Under the pieces are notes generated by a model. That model saw only the letters and a program-made list of their open reading frames with translations. It ran no database searches and had not been told where the DNA came from. The position numbers and the translations under genes were made by a program. Positions 32,674 through 43,306 of a stretch of 64,000 nucleotides of DNA are shown here, in pieces (the first letter of the stretch is position 1; every line of letters starts with the position of its first letter). The DNA lies in sequence record CP132210.1, one strand, 5' to 3'. This stretch comes from a plasmid.

Positions 32674-33592
32674 AATGAGATGGTCACTCCCTCCTTCCCG
32701 GTACTATGCTGAGGACAGGCTTTCATTCGGAGAACTATCATGGAAAACATTGCGCTCATTGGTATCGATCTGGGTAAAAACTCTTTCCATATTCATTGCC
32801 AGGATCGTCGCGGGAAGGCTGTTTACCGTAAAAAATTTACCCGGCCAAAGTTGATCGAATTTTTGGCGACATGCCCCGCTACAACCATCGCAATGGAAGC
32901 CTGTGGCGGTTCTCACTTTATGGCACGCAAGTTGGAAGAGTTGGGGCATTCCCCAAAGCTGATATCACCACAATTTGTCCGCCCGTTCGTTAAAAGCAAT
33001 AAAAACGACTTTGTCGACGCCGAAGCTATTTGTGAAGCTGCATCGCGTCCGTCTATGCGTTTTGTGCAGCCCAGAACGGAATCTCAGCAGGCAATGCGGG
33101 CTCTGCATCGTGTCCGTGAATCCCTGGTTCAGGATAAGGTAAAAACAACCAATCAAATGCATGCTTTTCTGCTGGAATTTGGCATTAGCGTTCCCCGAGG
33201 AGCTGCCGTTATTAGCCGACTGAGTACCATTCTTGAGGACAATAGTTTGCCTCTTTACCTCAGCCAGTTATTGCTGAAATTACAACAGCATTATCACTAT
33301 CTTGTTGAGCAGATTAAAGATTTGGAATCCCAGTTGAAACGAAAGTTGGACGAAGATGAGGTTGGACAGCGCTTGCTGAGCATTCCCTGCGTCGGAACAC
33401 TGACAGCGAGTACTATTTCAACTGAGATTGGCGACGGGAAGCAGTACGCCAGCAGCCGTGACTTTGCGGCGGCAACAGGGCTTGTACCTCGGCAGTACAG
33501 CACGGGAGGTAGGACGACATTGCTGGGAATTAGTAAGCGAGGTAATAAAAAGATCCGAACTTTGTTGGTTCAATGGTAATCCCCCCATTTTT
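32674..33592 (+). mobile_element. IS5075/IS4321-type (IS110 family) element, 3'-truncated
   Basis: The end aatgagatggtcactccctcc matches the tnp-proximal end of the complete copy at 44554..45880. The transposase ORF stops prematurely at 33579, where the IS3-family element begins. Confidence 0.85.
32740..33579 (+). pseudogene. IS5075-type transposase, truncated (279 of 334 aa)
   Basis: MENIALIGIDLGKNSFHIHCQDRRGKAVYRKKF... is about 98% identical to the ORF at 44810..45814 and ends ...IRTLLVQW. Confidence 0.9.
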
Positions 33593-33613
33593 TGGAGCAC
33601 TCAAAAGTAGAGG

Positions 33614-34441
33614 TCATGCGGCCTGTGCCAAGCGCTGTTTCGGCGTGTAGCCGCCCAGCGCCATATTGGGCCGCTCATGGTTATAAACCCACAGCCAGTT
33701 CGTGGCAAATTCCTGTAACTCATTCAGTGACTCAAACAGGTAATGGCCCAACCAGTCGTAACGCACAGTGCGGTTAAATCGCTCTATGTAGGCATTCTGC
33801 TGCGGGTTGCCTGGCTGGATATACCTCAGCGCAATCCTCTTCTGCTGCGCCCATTGCTTGAGCTCTTCGCTGATGTATTCCGGACCATTATCACAGCGGA
33901 TAGCGGCTGGTTTGCCCCGCCACTCGATGACCTGCTCCAGCACCCGTTTGACTCGCGAGGCAGGCAAGGAAAAATCCACCTCGATGCACAGTGCTTCGCG
34001 ATTGAAGTCATCGATCACATTAAACAACCGCACCGAACGACCATCGCTGAGCTGGTCATGCATAAAGTCCATCGACCAACAGTGATTCGGTTGGTCAGGG
34101 ACTGCCAACGGCTCCGGCTTGGCCCGCACTAGCCGCTTCTTGGGTTTTATCCGCAGATTGAGCTCTAGCGCCCGATAGATCCGGTAGACCCGCTTGTGGT
34201 TCCAGCCAAAGCCTTTGACGTTACGCAGGTACAGGAAGCACAGTCCGAAACCCCAGTTGCGCTGGTTGGCGGTGAGGCGCAGCAGCCAGTCGGCAATCTC
34301 CTGGTTTTCATCAGCCAGCACGGGCTGATAACGGTAGCAACCCTCGCTCACCTTGAACACCTGGCAAGCCAGACGGATAGAAATGGCGTAATGAGCCACA
34401 GCCTTGGTCGCCATCTCCCTGCGGGCAGATGGCGTCACCAC
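33614..34441 (-). CDS. IS3-family transposase OrfB (DDE integrase core)
   Basis: 275 aa. Overlaps orfA by 7 nt in the -1 frame. Confidence 0.8.
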   Translation of the reverse strand: MVTPSARREMATKAVAHYAISIRLACQVFKVSEGCYRYQPVLADENQEIADWLLRLTANQRNWGFGLCFLYLRNVKGFGWNHKRVYRIYRALELNLRIKPKKRLVRAKPEPLAVPDQPNHCWSMDFMHDQLSDGRSVRLFNVIDDFNREALCIEVDFSLPASRVKRVLEQVIEWRGKPAAIRCDNGPEYISEELKQWAQQKRIALRYIQPGNPQQNAYIERFNRTVRYDWLGHYLFESLNELQEFATNWLWVYNHERPNMALGGYTPKQRLAQAA

Positions 34442-34701
34442 TTTTTTGCCATCGCCTCGGAGATGATCTCAGCCTTTAGGCGCTCCTCGGCATACATCTT
34501 CTTAAGGCGACGATTTTCCTCTTCCAGCTCTTTGAGGCGCGCCATGAGAGAGGCATCCATGCCACCGAATTTGGAGCGCCACTTGTAGAAGGTGGCGGAG
34601 CTGATGCCATGCTCACGGCAGAGCTCAGGGACGGGTGAACCAGACTCGGCCTGCTTGAGGATGGCGATGATCTGTGCATCGCTAAAGCGTGATGTTTTCA
34701 T
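34435..34701 (-). CDS. IS3-family transposase OrfA
   Basis: 88-aa HTH protein. Confidence 0.8.
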   Translation of the reverse strand: MKTSRFSDAQIIAILKQAESGSPVPELCREHGISSATFYKWRSKFGGMDASLMARLKELEEENRRLKKMYAEERLKAEIISEAMAKKW

Positions 34702-34989
34702 GTAGAACCTCCTGCGTTCAAGATAGGGGTCTGAGGTCCAACCATGCGAAAAACCACGTTAAGAAAGCAACCTTCTGAAAAGGCGACGTTTATCAGTTTT
34801 TTTTCCGGCCATAAAGGGGGCGGAAATTATTCCCTGCACGGGTATTCGCAAGGATTTCGGTAGTGCTCTGGCTCTGCCCCCCATAACCTGGCGGACAGAG
34901 CATGATTGGGAAAGCGGTACCCTCACGGCAGAAACGATTGACGCAGGCTATATTTCTATTATTCTGGAAATATAGATAAAGGAGGTATT

Positions 34990-35170
34990 ATGGATTTAAA
35001 CACTGCTGCAAACGCACTTCGAGAACTGGGCCACCCGACACGTCTCAGCATATACCGGGAGCTGGTCAGGGCGGGTCATGAAGGCCTGCCGGTTGGCGAA
35101 CTGCAGAAGCACCTTGAGATTCCTGCCTCCACGCTCAGCCATCATCTTTCAGCGCTGATATCCGCTGGAC
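34990..35170 (+). pseudogene. arsR: ArsR/SmtB-family regulator, 3'-truncated by IS26
   Basis: MDLNTAANALRELGHPTRLSIYRELVRAGHEGLPVGELQKHLEIPASTLSHHLSALISAG, with the frame continuing into the IS26 IR. The preceding Shine-Dalgarno sequence aaggagg is intact. Confidence 0.7.
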
Positions 35171-35990
35171 GGCACTGTTGCAAATAGTCGGTGGTGATAA
35201 ACTTATCATCCCCTTTTGCTGATGGAGCTGCACATGAACCCATTCAAAGGCCGGCATTTTCAGCGTGACATCATTCTGTGGGCCGTACGCTGGTACTGCA
35301 AATACGGCATCAGTTACCGTGAGCTGCAGGAGATGCTGGCTGAACGCGGAGTGAATGTCGATCACTCCACGATTTACCGCTGGGTTCAGCGTTATGCGCC
35401 TGAAATGGAAAAACGGCTGCGCTGGTACTGGCGTAACCCTTCCGATCTTTGCCCGTGGCACATGGATGAAACCTACGTGAAGGTCAATGGCCGCTGGGCG
35501 TATCTGTACCGGGCCGTCGACAGCCGGGGCCGCACTGTCGATTTTTATCTCTCCTCCCGTCGTAACAGCAAAGCTGCATACCGGTTTCTGGGTAAAATCC
35601 TCAACAACGTGAAGAAGTGGCAGATCCCGCGATTCATCAACACGGATAAAGCGCCCGCCTATGGTCGCGCGCTTGCTCTGCTCAAACGCGAAGGCCGGTG
35701 CCCGTCTGACGTTGAACACCGACAGATTAAGTACCGGAACAACGTGATTGAATGCGATCATGGCAAACTGAAACGGATAATCGGCGCCACGCTGGGATTT
35801 AAATCCATGAAGACGGCTTACGCCACCATCAAAGGTATTGAGGTGATGCGTGCACTACGCAAAGGCCAGGCCTCAGCATTTTATTATGGTGATCCCCTGG
35901 GCGAAATGCGCCTGGTAAGCAGAGTTTTTGAAATGTAAGGCCTTTGAATAAGACAAAAGGCTGCCTCATCGCTAACTTTGCAACAGTGCC
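35171..35990 (+). mobile_element. IS26 copy 4
   Basis: IRs at 35171..35184 and 35977..35990. Flanks cgctggac and ttttttcc give no TSD. Confidence 0.97.
35234..35938 (+). CDS. tnpA: IS26 transposase
   Basis: Identical Tnp26. Confidence 0.97.
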   Translation: MNPFKGRHFQRDIILWAVRWYCKYGISYRELQEMLAERGVNVDHSTIYRWVQRYAPEMEKRLRWYWRNPSDLCPWHMDETYVKVNGRWAYLYRAVDSRGRTVDFYLSSRRNSKAAYRFLGKILNNVKKWQIPRFINTDKAPAYGRALALLKREGRCPSDVEHRQIKYRNNVIECDHGKLKRIIGATLGFKSMKTAYATIKGIEVMRALRKGQASAFYYGDPLGEMRLVSRVFEM

Positions 35991-36442
35991 TTTTTTCCTG
36001 CGGTGTACGACGCCGACGCCGCTCAGGTCCTGATAACACTCCAACCATCTTATCGTTCTGACTGGTATTAAACATAGTTCCAAGACTACCTCTTATTTTA
36101 AGAGAGTCGAAGTGTCTGGTGATCTATGGGGCCAGTCTAGCCCTCTTCCAAGTGTAGGGAGATATAGTCAAAGTTTGCTTCTCCGCCGATGAGTCCGCCC
36201 TGCGTCGGATAGTCCGATTTTTTACCGGCGAAGCACGGCTCTCCTAACCCTATCTAAAGCGAATAACTTTTTTCAACAGGGCCGCGTGCCAATGCAAGAG
36301 CGATAGGCGCTCTACGCGCCAATTTGACCACTTAAAACAGGTAAATTGAGGGGTTGTAATGTGTTGATGTAACAGGCTTTTATTTTAATGTCTTGGCATA
36401 TGTATAATGGTAGTCTAGCCCTCCTTTCAACAAGGAGTACTC

Positions 36443-37099
36443 ATGGAAACCTACAATCATACATATCGGCACCACAACTTTTCACATAAAGACTTAAGTG
36501 ATCTCACCTTCACCGCTTGCACATTCATTCGCAGCGACTTTCGACGTGCTAACTTGCGTGATACGACATTCGTCAACTGCAAGTTCATTGAACAGGGTGA
36601 TATCGAAGGCTGCCACTTTGATGTCGCAGATCTTCGTGATGCAAGTTTCCAACAATGCCAACTTGCGATGGCAAACTTCAGTAATGCCAATTGCTACGGT
36701 ATAGAGTTCCGTGCGTGTGATTTAAAAGGTGCCAACTTTTCCCGAACAAACTTTGCCCATCAAGTGAGTAATCGTATGTACTTTTGCTCAGCATTTATTT
36801 CTGGATGTAATCTTTCCTATGCCAATATGGAGAGGGTTTGTTTAGAAAAATGTGAGTTGTTTGAAAATCGCTGGATAGGAACGAACCTAGCGGGTGCATC
36901 ACTGAAAGAGTCAGACTTAAGTCGAGGTGTTTTTTCCGAAGATGTCTGGGGGCAATTTAGCCTACAGGGTGCCAATTTATGCCACGCCGAACTCGACGGT
37001 TTAGATCCCCGCAAAGTCGATACATCAGGTATCAAAATTGCAGCCTGGCAGCAAGAACTGATTCTCGAAGCACTGGGTATTGTTGTTTATCCTGACTAA
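36443..37099 (+). CDS. qnrS1: Pentapeptide-repeat quinolone resistance protein QnrS1
   Basis: 218-aa ORF METYNHTYRHHNFSHKDLSDLTFTACTFIRSDFRRANLRDTTFVNCKFIEQGDIEGCHFDVADLRDASFQQCQLAMANF... Confidence 0.95.
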   Translation: METYNHTYRHHNFSHKDLSDLTFTACTFIRSDFRRANLRDTTFVNCKFIEQGDIEGCHFDVADLRDASFQQCQLAMANFSNANCYGIEFRACDLKGANFSRTNFAHQVSNRMYFCSAFISGCNLSYANMERVCLEKCELFENRWIGTNLAGASLKESDLSRGVFSEDVWGQFSLQGANLCHAELDGLDPRKVDTSGIKIAAWQQELILEALGIVVYPD

Positions 37100-37417
37100 T
37101 TGCTTTGATGTGTGATTTTAAACGCTCAAATTTATAAAACGAATAATATTGTCAACCTTGCAATAATAGACATAGGGACAACCATGTATAAATTTTTACC
37201 CTCAGGCGTCTTCACAATAGAGCCATATAGCAGTGGGTCACTTAGTGGGCTTAATTTTTCCATTAAAGATAATATTAATATTGCTCAGTATAAAACATCA
37301 TATGGTAGCCCATCTTGGCAAGTAAACATAAGGCTGCCATTTATAAGGCACTGTTGCAAAAATGTGGAGGTGATAGGGGTACTACGCCGGAACCCCAGAT
37401 TTTTCCGTCCGTTCAAA

Positions 37418-38032
37418 TTATCCACGGTTGAACAGCTTGATCCCGTCCGCCCGCAGTTGACCAACAGGGGAAATATGCCTGTACAAAGTTTGCCGGGTTA
37501 TCCCAAGTTCCTGGCATAGCGTACTGACCTTTGTTTCTGATTGTCCCATTGATGCCATTGCCAGTCGCAGTTTGACTGGCGTCATTTTATAAGGTCGGCC
37601 GCCGTTCCGCCCACGGGCTCTTGCTGATGCCAGACCTGCAGTCGTTCTTTCAGCAATCAGTTCGCGCTCAAACTCCGCCAGTGCGGCAAAGATACCGAAG
37701 ACAAGCTTGCCAGCGGCCGTTGTTGTGTCGATAGTCGCCCCGTGACCGGTCAGCACTTTCAGACCGGTCCCCCTCGCGGTCAGGTCGTGCACTGTATTAA
37801 TGAGATGACGAAGATCACGACCGAGGCGGTCCAGCTTCCATACGACCAGCGTGTCTCCGGGTCGTAGTGCTTTCAGACAGGCTGTAAGTCCAGGACGCTC
37901 TTCTCGTTTGCCCGATGCCCGGTCCTCATAAAAATGTGCGGCATCAACACCTGCGGCGATCAGTGCATCACGTTGTAAATCATTCGTCTGCGAACCATCC
38001 GCTTTTGACATCCGAATATATCCGATGAACAT
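37418..38032 (-). CDS. Serine resolvase/invertase (TnpR-like)
   Basis: MFIGYIRMSKADGSQTNDLQRDALIAAGVDAAHFYEDRASGKREERPGLTACLKALRPGDTLVVWKLDRLGRD... The listed ORF extends 18 codons further upstream. Confidence 0.8.
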   Translation of the reverse strand: MFIGYIRMSKADGSQTNDLQRDALIAAGVDAAHFYEDRASGKREERPGLTACLKALRPGDTLVVWKLDRLGRDLRHLINTVHDLTARGTGLKVLTGHGATIDTTTAAGKLVFGIFAALAEFERELIAERTTAGLASARARGRNGGRPYKMTPVKLRLAMASMGQSETKVSTLCQELGITRQTLYRHISPVGQLRADGIKLFNRG

Positions 38033-38273
38033 ATTTCCTCTGTCACATATACGTTCGATTATGTGACATTCTGATTTGGGTACCATAATCTGTCAACGGT
38101 AGTCACATTACCCGTAATTTAAATTATGACACGTAAAGGTTCTATGTTAATGATAATGTGACAAGCGCGTTTAAATAGGCAGAGAGCATGAAAAACCTCG
38201 GGGCAGCCATCGAATGATGCCATCTACAGGGGTTAAAATAACCACCATCATTTCATAACAATACCTGCTGACT

Positions 38274-38864
38274 ATGAAGATCTACGTCATCAAAATAGCA
38301 GTTCATGGAGTCAGTCCGATGGTCTGGCGTCGGCTGAGAATTGCTGCCGACACGTCACTGGCCGCGCTTCACTTCATTTTCCAGATAGTGCAGGGCTGGG
38401 GGGACGACCATCTCCATCAATTTCACATTTATGGCAAAGATTACGGTATCTCCTACGAAGGAGGCATCGGTTTTGTCGATAATCCGTTCCGGGTCGTGAT
38501 TGATGATTTTGCTTTTGATGCTGGCGATCGCTTTACCTATGAATACAATTTCTTTGAGCACTGGCTTCATGACATTCGTGTTGAGGCCATTTATGAAAAC
38601 TCTACGCTGAAAGCGCCGTTTTGTATAAGCGGCCATGGTATGCCCGGAGCCACAGCTGCGGATGAGTTCGATAAAACCCTGGCGTTTCTTGAAGCTATCG
38701 TTAATGCGGATGATGAAACAACGGTCGGCGAGATCCGCCCTTTTGCTGACGACCTGGATGCTGTCAGGTTCAACCGCCACAAAATCAACCGGCAACTGAG
38801 CAGGCTCGACCTTGCATCTCCGGTACTGGAGCCTGAAGTTATCTGGCTGGGCCGTCGTCGCTGA
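38274..38864 (+). CDS. Hypothetical protein (pRiA4b ORF-3-like family)
   Basis: 196-aa ORF. Family assigned by recollection of domain similarity only. Confidence 0.4.
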   Translation: MKIYVIKIAVHGVSPMVWRRLRIAADTSLAALHFIFQIVQGWGDDHLHQFHIYGKDYGISYEGGIGFVDNPFRVVIDDFAFDAGDRFTYEYNFFEHWLHDIRVEAIYENSTLKAPFCISGHGMPGATAADEFDKTLAFLEAIVNADDETTVGEIRPFADDLDAVRFNRHKINRQLSRLDLASPVLEPEVIWLGRRR

Positions 38865-39000
38865 CTGATGTCTATAAAGGTATACGTTTTCAGCATGCCT
38901 CTCAGATCCCCGAAAAAATGTCTATAAACCTCCCTAAATCAGTGTTTATGGATTATTCTTTAAATCTCTATGATGTTTAAAGACCTTCCGGAGGTTTTGC

Positions 39001-39573
39001 GTGCAATATGCCTACATCAGGGTAAGCTCGGCCGATCAGAATACGGCCCGTCAGGAAGAGGCATTGTCAAAGGCGGGTTTTCAGCCTGATAAAATTTGTG
39101 TTGAGCATGCCAGCGCGAAGGACACAAACCGCCCGGGGTTACAGGAACTCCTGGGGCAATTACGCCCTGGTGATACGCTTCTGGTTCATTCCATCGATCG
39201 CCTTTGCCGGAATATGTCGGATATGTGCGCTGTCACCACCCGGCTTCGTGACCAGGGCGTTACCCTTATTTTTCTGAAAGAGCAGCTGACGTTCAGCGCC
39301 GGCACAAACAATCCGATGCAGGAACTGCAGCTGCACATGATGTCGGCATTCAGCCAGTTTGAACGAGCCTTACTGAAGGAAAGGCAGGCCGACGGCATCG
39401 CCGCGAAAAAAGCACGGGGTGAAAAAACAGGGCGCCCCGGCGCCGATATCAAAAAGATCCAGGAAATTGACGCACTCAGAAGCAGAGGGGTCAGGCTCAG
39501 GATCGCCTGCGACCATGCGGGCCTTGGCGTTTCCACATATTATAAGCTTCGTCACCAGATGAACAACCAGTAG
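39001..39573 (+). CDS. Serine recombinase (resolvase/invertase family)
   Basis: MQYAYIRVSSADQNTARQEEALSKAGFQPDKICVEHASAKDTNRPGLQELLGQLRPGDTLLVHSIDRLCRN..., with the catalytic Ser and Arg pattern of small serine recombinases. Confidence 0.8.
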   Translation: MQYAYIRVSSADQNTARQEEALSKAGFQPDKICVEHASAKDTNRPGLQELLGQLRPGDTLLVHSIDRLCRNMSDMCAVTTRLRDQGVTLIFLKEQLTFSAGTNNPMQELQLHMMSAFSQFERALLKERQADGIAAKKARGEKTGRPGADIKKIQEIDALRSRGVRLRIACDHAGLGVSTYYKLRHQMNNQ

Positions 39574-39606
39574 CCGGGAGATAGTCATCCACCACAGCAG
39601 GAGGCA

Positions 39607-41001
39607 ATGATGCAACTGACGCTCCAGATAGTCATCACCGATGAATCAGGCTCCAGTCGAACGGAGGAACTGATGACAATCCAGAAATCAGGGGAGACCC
39701 GGAACGACATCGGATTATCGGTGTCAGAATCCAAGCTGTTGCTGAATACGGTCCAGCAGTCGGTGGTCCAGCTGCAGGCAGACGAATATACTCAACACCA
39801 TATCCGGTGCCCTCACTGCCTTGCTGCGCGCAGAATCAAAGGCAAACAGAAAATACGGTACCGGACGCTGTTTGGCGTTATTCCGGTATCCGGGCTTCGG
39901 GTGTACCGGTGCCGTTGTGAAGAGAGTGATACAAAGACAGTCAGTTTGCTCAGCGACTGGGCCGGCGATTATTCTCACCCGGCACTGAAATATATTGAAA
40001 CCCGCTGGGCCTCGATGATCTCCTATGAAATGACGACTCGTCTGCTGAAAGATATTCTGCCGGTGGGCCACAGCCTGAATGCCTCAACGGTGAGGAATCA
40101 TTTATGCCAGGTGGCGCAGCGTCTTGACGCTGAGGCTGAAGCTCATTCAGGTTTTCTTTCCGGCTGCCCCCGCGACTGGGGGAACCTGCCCAGGCCAGGA
40201 AAACCGCTTGTGGTGGGTATAGATGGTGGTTATGTTCGCGATCGGGATGACAAAAAGCGTAATTTTGAAATTATTGCCGGGAAGTCTTTTTCCGTTGGTG
40301 CGCCTGCTGACACCCGCCGCTTCGGTTTTGTTCAGAAGGATGACTGTCATCCGGAACGCAGGCTCATGACCCACCTTTCAGCGCAGGGAATGCAGGCCAA
40401 CCAGCAGATATTTTTTCTGTCCGACGGCGCGGATAATCTCAGGGACCTCCAGTTCGGTATGTACCCTGAGTCAACGCATGTGCTGGACTGGTTTCATATC
40501 ACCATGAGGCTGACGGTGCTCATGCAATATGCCCGGGGACTGCTGGTATCAGATCCAGAGGCGGGGAGTAAAGTTCTGGCACTGCTGGAAAGCATTAAAC
40601 GATATCTCTGGCATGGCAATGTTGTCGCTGCGCTGGAACATATTGATAATTGCGTTATGTATTGCGATGACCCTGAACTCAGCTATCCTAGCCTGAAATC
40701 CCTGCAAAAACATCTGGATGAAATGTATACCTACATCCGGAATAATAAGATGATGATCCCAAACTACGGCGAAATGCGTCGGTACGGAGAGCCGGTATCA
40801 ACCGCGTTTGTGGAATCCACGATCAATGAAGTGATCGCCAGACGAATGGCCAAAAAGCAGCAGATGCAGTGGAGCAGAAAAGGGGCTCATTATTTGTTAC
40901 AGACCCGGACCGCCGTTTTGAATAACGAACTGCAGGATAAATTTGTCTGCTGGTATCCGGGTTTTCAAAGTGACGGGAAGGGACCAGCGATGGCAGCATA
41001 G
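39607..41001 (+). CDS. ISKra4-family transposase (ISKpn19-like), commonly linked to qnrS1
   Basis: 464-aa ORF with zinc-finger-like CPHC...CRC N-terminus and a DDE region. Position next to qnrS1 is the classic context. The element boundaries (roughly 38.9..41.03 kb) were not resolved. Confidence 0.7.
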   Translation: MMQLTLQIVITDESGSSRTEELMTIQKSGETRNDIGLSVSESKLLLNTVQQSVVQLQADEYTQHHIRCPHCLAARRIKGKQKIRYRTLFGVIPVSGLRVYRCRCEESDTKTVSLLSDWAGDYSHPALKYIETRWASMISYEMTTRLLKDILPVGHSLNASTVRNHLCQVAQRLDAEAEAHSGFLSGCPRDWGNLPRPGKPLVVGIDGGYVRDRDDKKRNFEIIAGKSFSVGAPADTRRFGFVQKDDCHPERRLMTHLSAQGMQANQQIFFLSDGADNLRDLQFGMYPESTHVLDWFHITMRLTVLMQYARGLLVSDPEAGSKVLALLESIKRYLWHGNVVAALEHIDNCVMYCDDPELSYPSLKSLQKHLDEMYTYIRNNKMMIPNYGEMRRYGEPVSTAFVESTINEVIARRMAKKQQMQWSRKGAHYLLQTRTAVLNNELQDKFVCWYPGFQSDGKGPAMAA

Positions 41002-41095
41002 CTCACGCTGCCCCAATATTTTTTATGCTCTCCTAAAAGAACTTTCCGCTAAGCGATAGACTGTATGTAAACACAGTATTGCAAGGACGCGGAAC

Positions 41096-41521
41096 ATGCC
41101 TCATGTGGCGGCCAGGACGGCCAGCCGGGATCGGGATACTGGTCGTTACCAGAGCCACCGACCCGAGCAAACCCTTCTCTATCAGATCGTTGACGAGTAT
41201 TACCCGGCATTCGCTGCGCTTATGGCAGAGCAGGGAAAGGAATTGCCGGGCTATGTGCAACGGGAATTTGAAGAATTTCTCCAATGCGGGCGGCTGGAGC
41301 ATGGCTTTCTACGGGTTCGCTGCGAGTCTTGCCACGCCGAGCACCTGGTCGCTTTCAGCTGTAAGCGTCGCGGTTTCTGCCCGAGCTGTGGGGCGCGGCG
41401 GATGGCCGAAAGTGCCGCCTTGCTGGTTGATGAAGTACTGCCTGAACAACCCATGCGTCAGTGGGTGTTGAGCTTCCCGTTTCAGCTGCGTTTCCTGTTT
41501 GGGGTCGTTTGCGGGAAGGGG
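41096..41521 (+). pseudogene. ISCR2 (IS91-family rolling-circle) transposase, N-terminal fragment
   Basis: MPHVAARTASRDRDTGRYQSHRPEQTLLYQIVDEYYPAFAALMAEQGKELPGYVQREFEEFLQCGRLEHGFLRVRCESCHAEHLVAFSCKRRGFCPSCGARRMAESAALLVDEVLPEQPMRQWVLSFPFQLRFLF, an IS91-family N-terminus. It ends in junk, and truncated CR2 beside strB is the typical setting. Confidence 0.8.
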
Positions 41522-41606
41522 CGGAATCCTACGCTAAGGCTTTGGCCAGCGATATTCTCCGGTGAGATTGATGTGTTCCCAGGGGATAGGAGAAGTCGCT
41601 TGATAT

Positions 41607-42443
41607 CTAGTATGACGTCTGTCGCACCTGCTTGATCGCGGCCGCGATAGCTAGATCGCGTTGCTCCTCTTCTCCATCCGCGTTCCAAGCTGCGGAAAGG
41701 CACCCATAAGCGTACGCCTGGTCGAGCAGGCGACGCGGATCGACGTCCAGCGCACGAGAGAATGCGTCCGCCATCTGTGCAATGCGTCTAGGATCGAGAC
41801 AAAGGTCGTCTCTGTCAGCCGGATCGTAGAACATATTGGCGGCGCCAAAGCCCACTTCACCGACCAGACCGACGGGATCTATCACCAGCCAGCCGCGACT
41901 GGAGAACATGATGTTTTCATGATGCAGATCGCCATGTAGCCCACGCAGTTCCGAGGCATTGCTCATCATTTGATCGGCTATAATCGCCGCGTGGACGTAG
42001 TCAGTTTGACAACCTGCGTTTTGATCATCGCGCGCCCGCTGAAACAAAGCTGCAAAGCGATCCCGGATCGGGAGAAGGGCAGAAGGCAGGGGTTCCTCAG
42101 ATGCGGCATACAGCTTCGCCATTAGTTCCGCTGCAATTTCGGTCGCCTGGTAGTCGCCGTGCTCGGCAACGATGTGAGAGAGCATTCGCTCCCCGGCATA
42201 TTCGAGCAACATCAGATTGTTCTCACGACCGAGCAACCGGACTGCTCCCCTCCCATTGCGCCATACCAGATAGTCGGCCCCGCGCAGTTCATCAGCAATG
42301 TCTTTTATAGGTTTCAATCCCTTGACGATTGCAGGAGTCCCGTCTGGCAATGAAACTTTCCAAACGAGGCTGGAAAAGGTGTCCGCAATGAGAACAGGTT
42401 GCGAAACGTGCCAATGAGCAGGAAAAACAGGCGGCATGAACAT
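41607..42443 (-). CDS. strB: Aminoglycoside 6-phosphotransferase APH(6)-Id (StrB)
   Basis: MFMPPVFPAHWHVSQPVLIADTFSSLVWKVSLPDGTPAIVKGLKPIKDIADELRGADYLVWRNGRGAVRLLG... The listed ORF starts 3 codons upstream. Confidence 0.95.
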   Translation of the reverse strand: MFMPPVFPAHWHVSQPVLIADTFSSLVWKVSLPDGTPAIVKGLKPIKDIADELRGADYLVWRNGRGAVRLLGRENNLMLLEYAGERMLSHIVAEHGDYQATEIAAELMAKLYAASEEPLPSALLPIRDRFAALFQRARDDQNAGCQTDYVHAAIIADQMMSNASELRGLHGDLHHENIMFSSRGWLVIDPVGLVGEVGFGAANMFYDPADRDDLCLDPRRIAQMADAFSRALDVDPRRLLDQAYAYGCLSAAWNADGEEEQRDLAIAAAIKQVRQTSY

Positions 42444-43246
42444 CAACCCCAAGTCAGAGGGTCCAATCGCAGATAGAAGGCAAGGCGTTCGCGGTCGGGG
42501 GCTTCGATCCCCAATACATTGAATAGGACAGCGAAGGCGCGCTCTGCTTCATCTGGCGCTGCCCAGTTCTCTTCGGCGTTAGCAATCATGAGTGCCAAAT
42601 CGGCATAGCGATCTGCTGTTCCGAGCCGCCCAAGGTCGATCAGACCCGTGCATTGAAGAGTTTTAGGGTCCACCATGAAGTTCGGCATGCAGGGATCACC
42701 ATGGCAAACAACCATATCGGTGCGCTCTTGGTCGAGCCGCACCGGTAGCTCTCGTTCGACACGAGCCAAAAGATCGAGCTGCGGCGTACTCTTGTCCTCG
42801 TCCGGTAAGAAGTCGGGATTGACGGCATTGCGGGACACCACATCAACGGCGCGTCCGAACATTCGCGACAGCCTGCGCTCAAACGGACATTGATCAACCG
42901 ATAGGCTGTGAACAGCGCCAAGTTGCTGCCCCATTGACGGCCACGCTTTGAGCAAATCCGCTCCAGACAGATCAGCCGCCGGTACTCCCGGAATTGCCGT
43001 TATCACCAAGCATGCACCCTCCTGTTCCTCCTGCCAGTTGATGACCTCGGGGCAAGCCACACCTCGACCTTTGAGCCAAATGAGGCGGTCACGCTCTCCA
43101 GCGAGCTCACCGCGGCGGGAAGCAGGTGCGATTTTCGCGAAGGCATGCCCGTCACCACGTCGAAAAACAAAATCACCAGATTCTCCGCCTCTGACAGGCA
43201 ACCAGTCAGAATGCGATTCACCAAAAAAAATATTAGTTCGATTCAA
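42443..43246 (-). CDS. strA: Aminoglycoside 3''-phosphotransferase APH(3'')-Ib (StrA)
   Basis: 267-aa ORF MNRTNIFFGESHSDWLPVRGGESGDFVFRRGDGHAFAKIAPASRRGELAGERDRLIWLKGRGVACPEV... Confidence 0.95.
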   Translation of the reverse strand: MNRTNIFFGESHSDWLPVRGGESGDFVFRRGDGHAFAKIAPASRRGELAGERDRLIWLKGRGVACPEVINWQEEQEGACLVITAIPGVPAADLSGADLLKAWPSMGQQLGAVHSLSVDQCPFERRLSRMFGRAVDVVSRNAVNPDFLPDEDKSTPQLDLLARVERELPVRLDQERTDMVVCHGDPCMPNFMVDPKTLQCTGLIDLGRLGTADRYADLALMIANAEENWAAPDEAERAFAVLFNVLGIEAPDRERLAFYLRLDPLTWG

Positions 43247-43306
43247 TGGAGGTTCCTTCAGTTTTCTGATGAAGCGCGAATATAGAGAAATATCCCGAAT
43301 GTGCAG

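Larger units (their letters stand above)
33593..34740 (-). mobile_element. IS3-family insertion sequence (orfA plus orfB with a -1 frameshift), boundaries approximate
   Basis: IR-like ends TGGAGCACTCA... at 33593 and ...GGTCTGAGGTCCA at 34740. orfA 34435..34701 ([23 protein letters not shown]..., HTH) and orfB 33614..34441 (DDE: ...[12 protein letters not shown]...DNGPEY...) overlap as in IS3/IS407-group elements. Confidence 0.75.

Noticed and set aside
36000-36440. Region upstream of qnrS1 as a possible additional gene or IS remnant
   Set aside because: It has no ORF of significant length and no recognisable IRs, so it is treated as the native qnrS1 promoter region cut by IS26.
41522-41606. 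Possible Tn5393 IRR remnant between strB and the ISCR2 fragment
   Set aside because: This is plausible from the known strB context, but I could not match an 81-bp IR from memory, so it is left unannotated.
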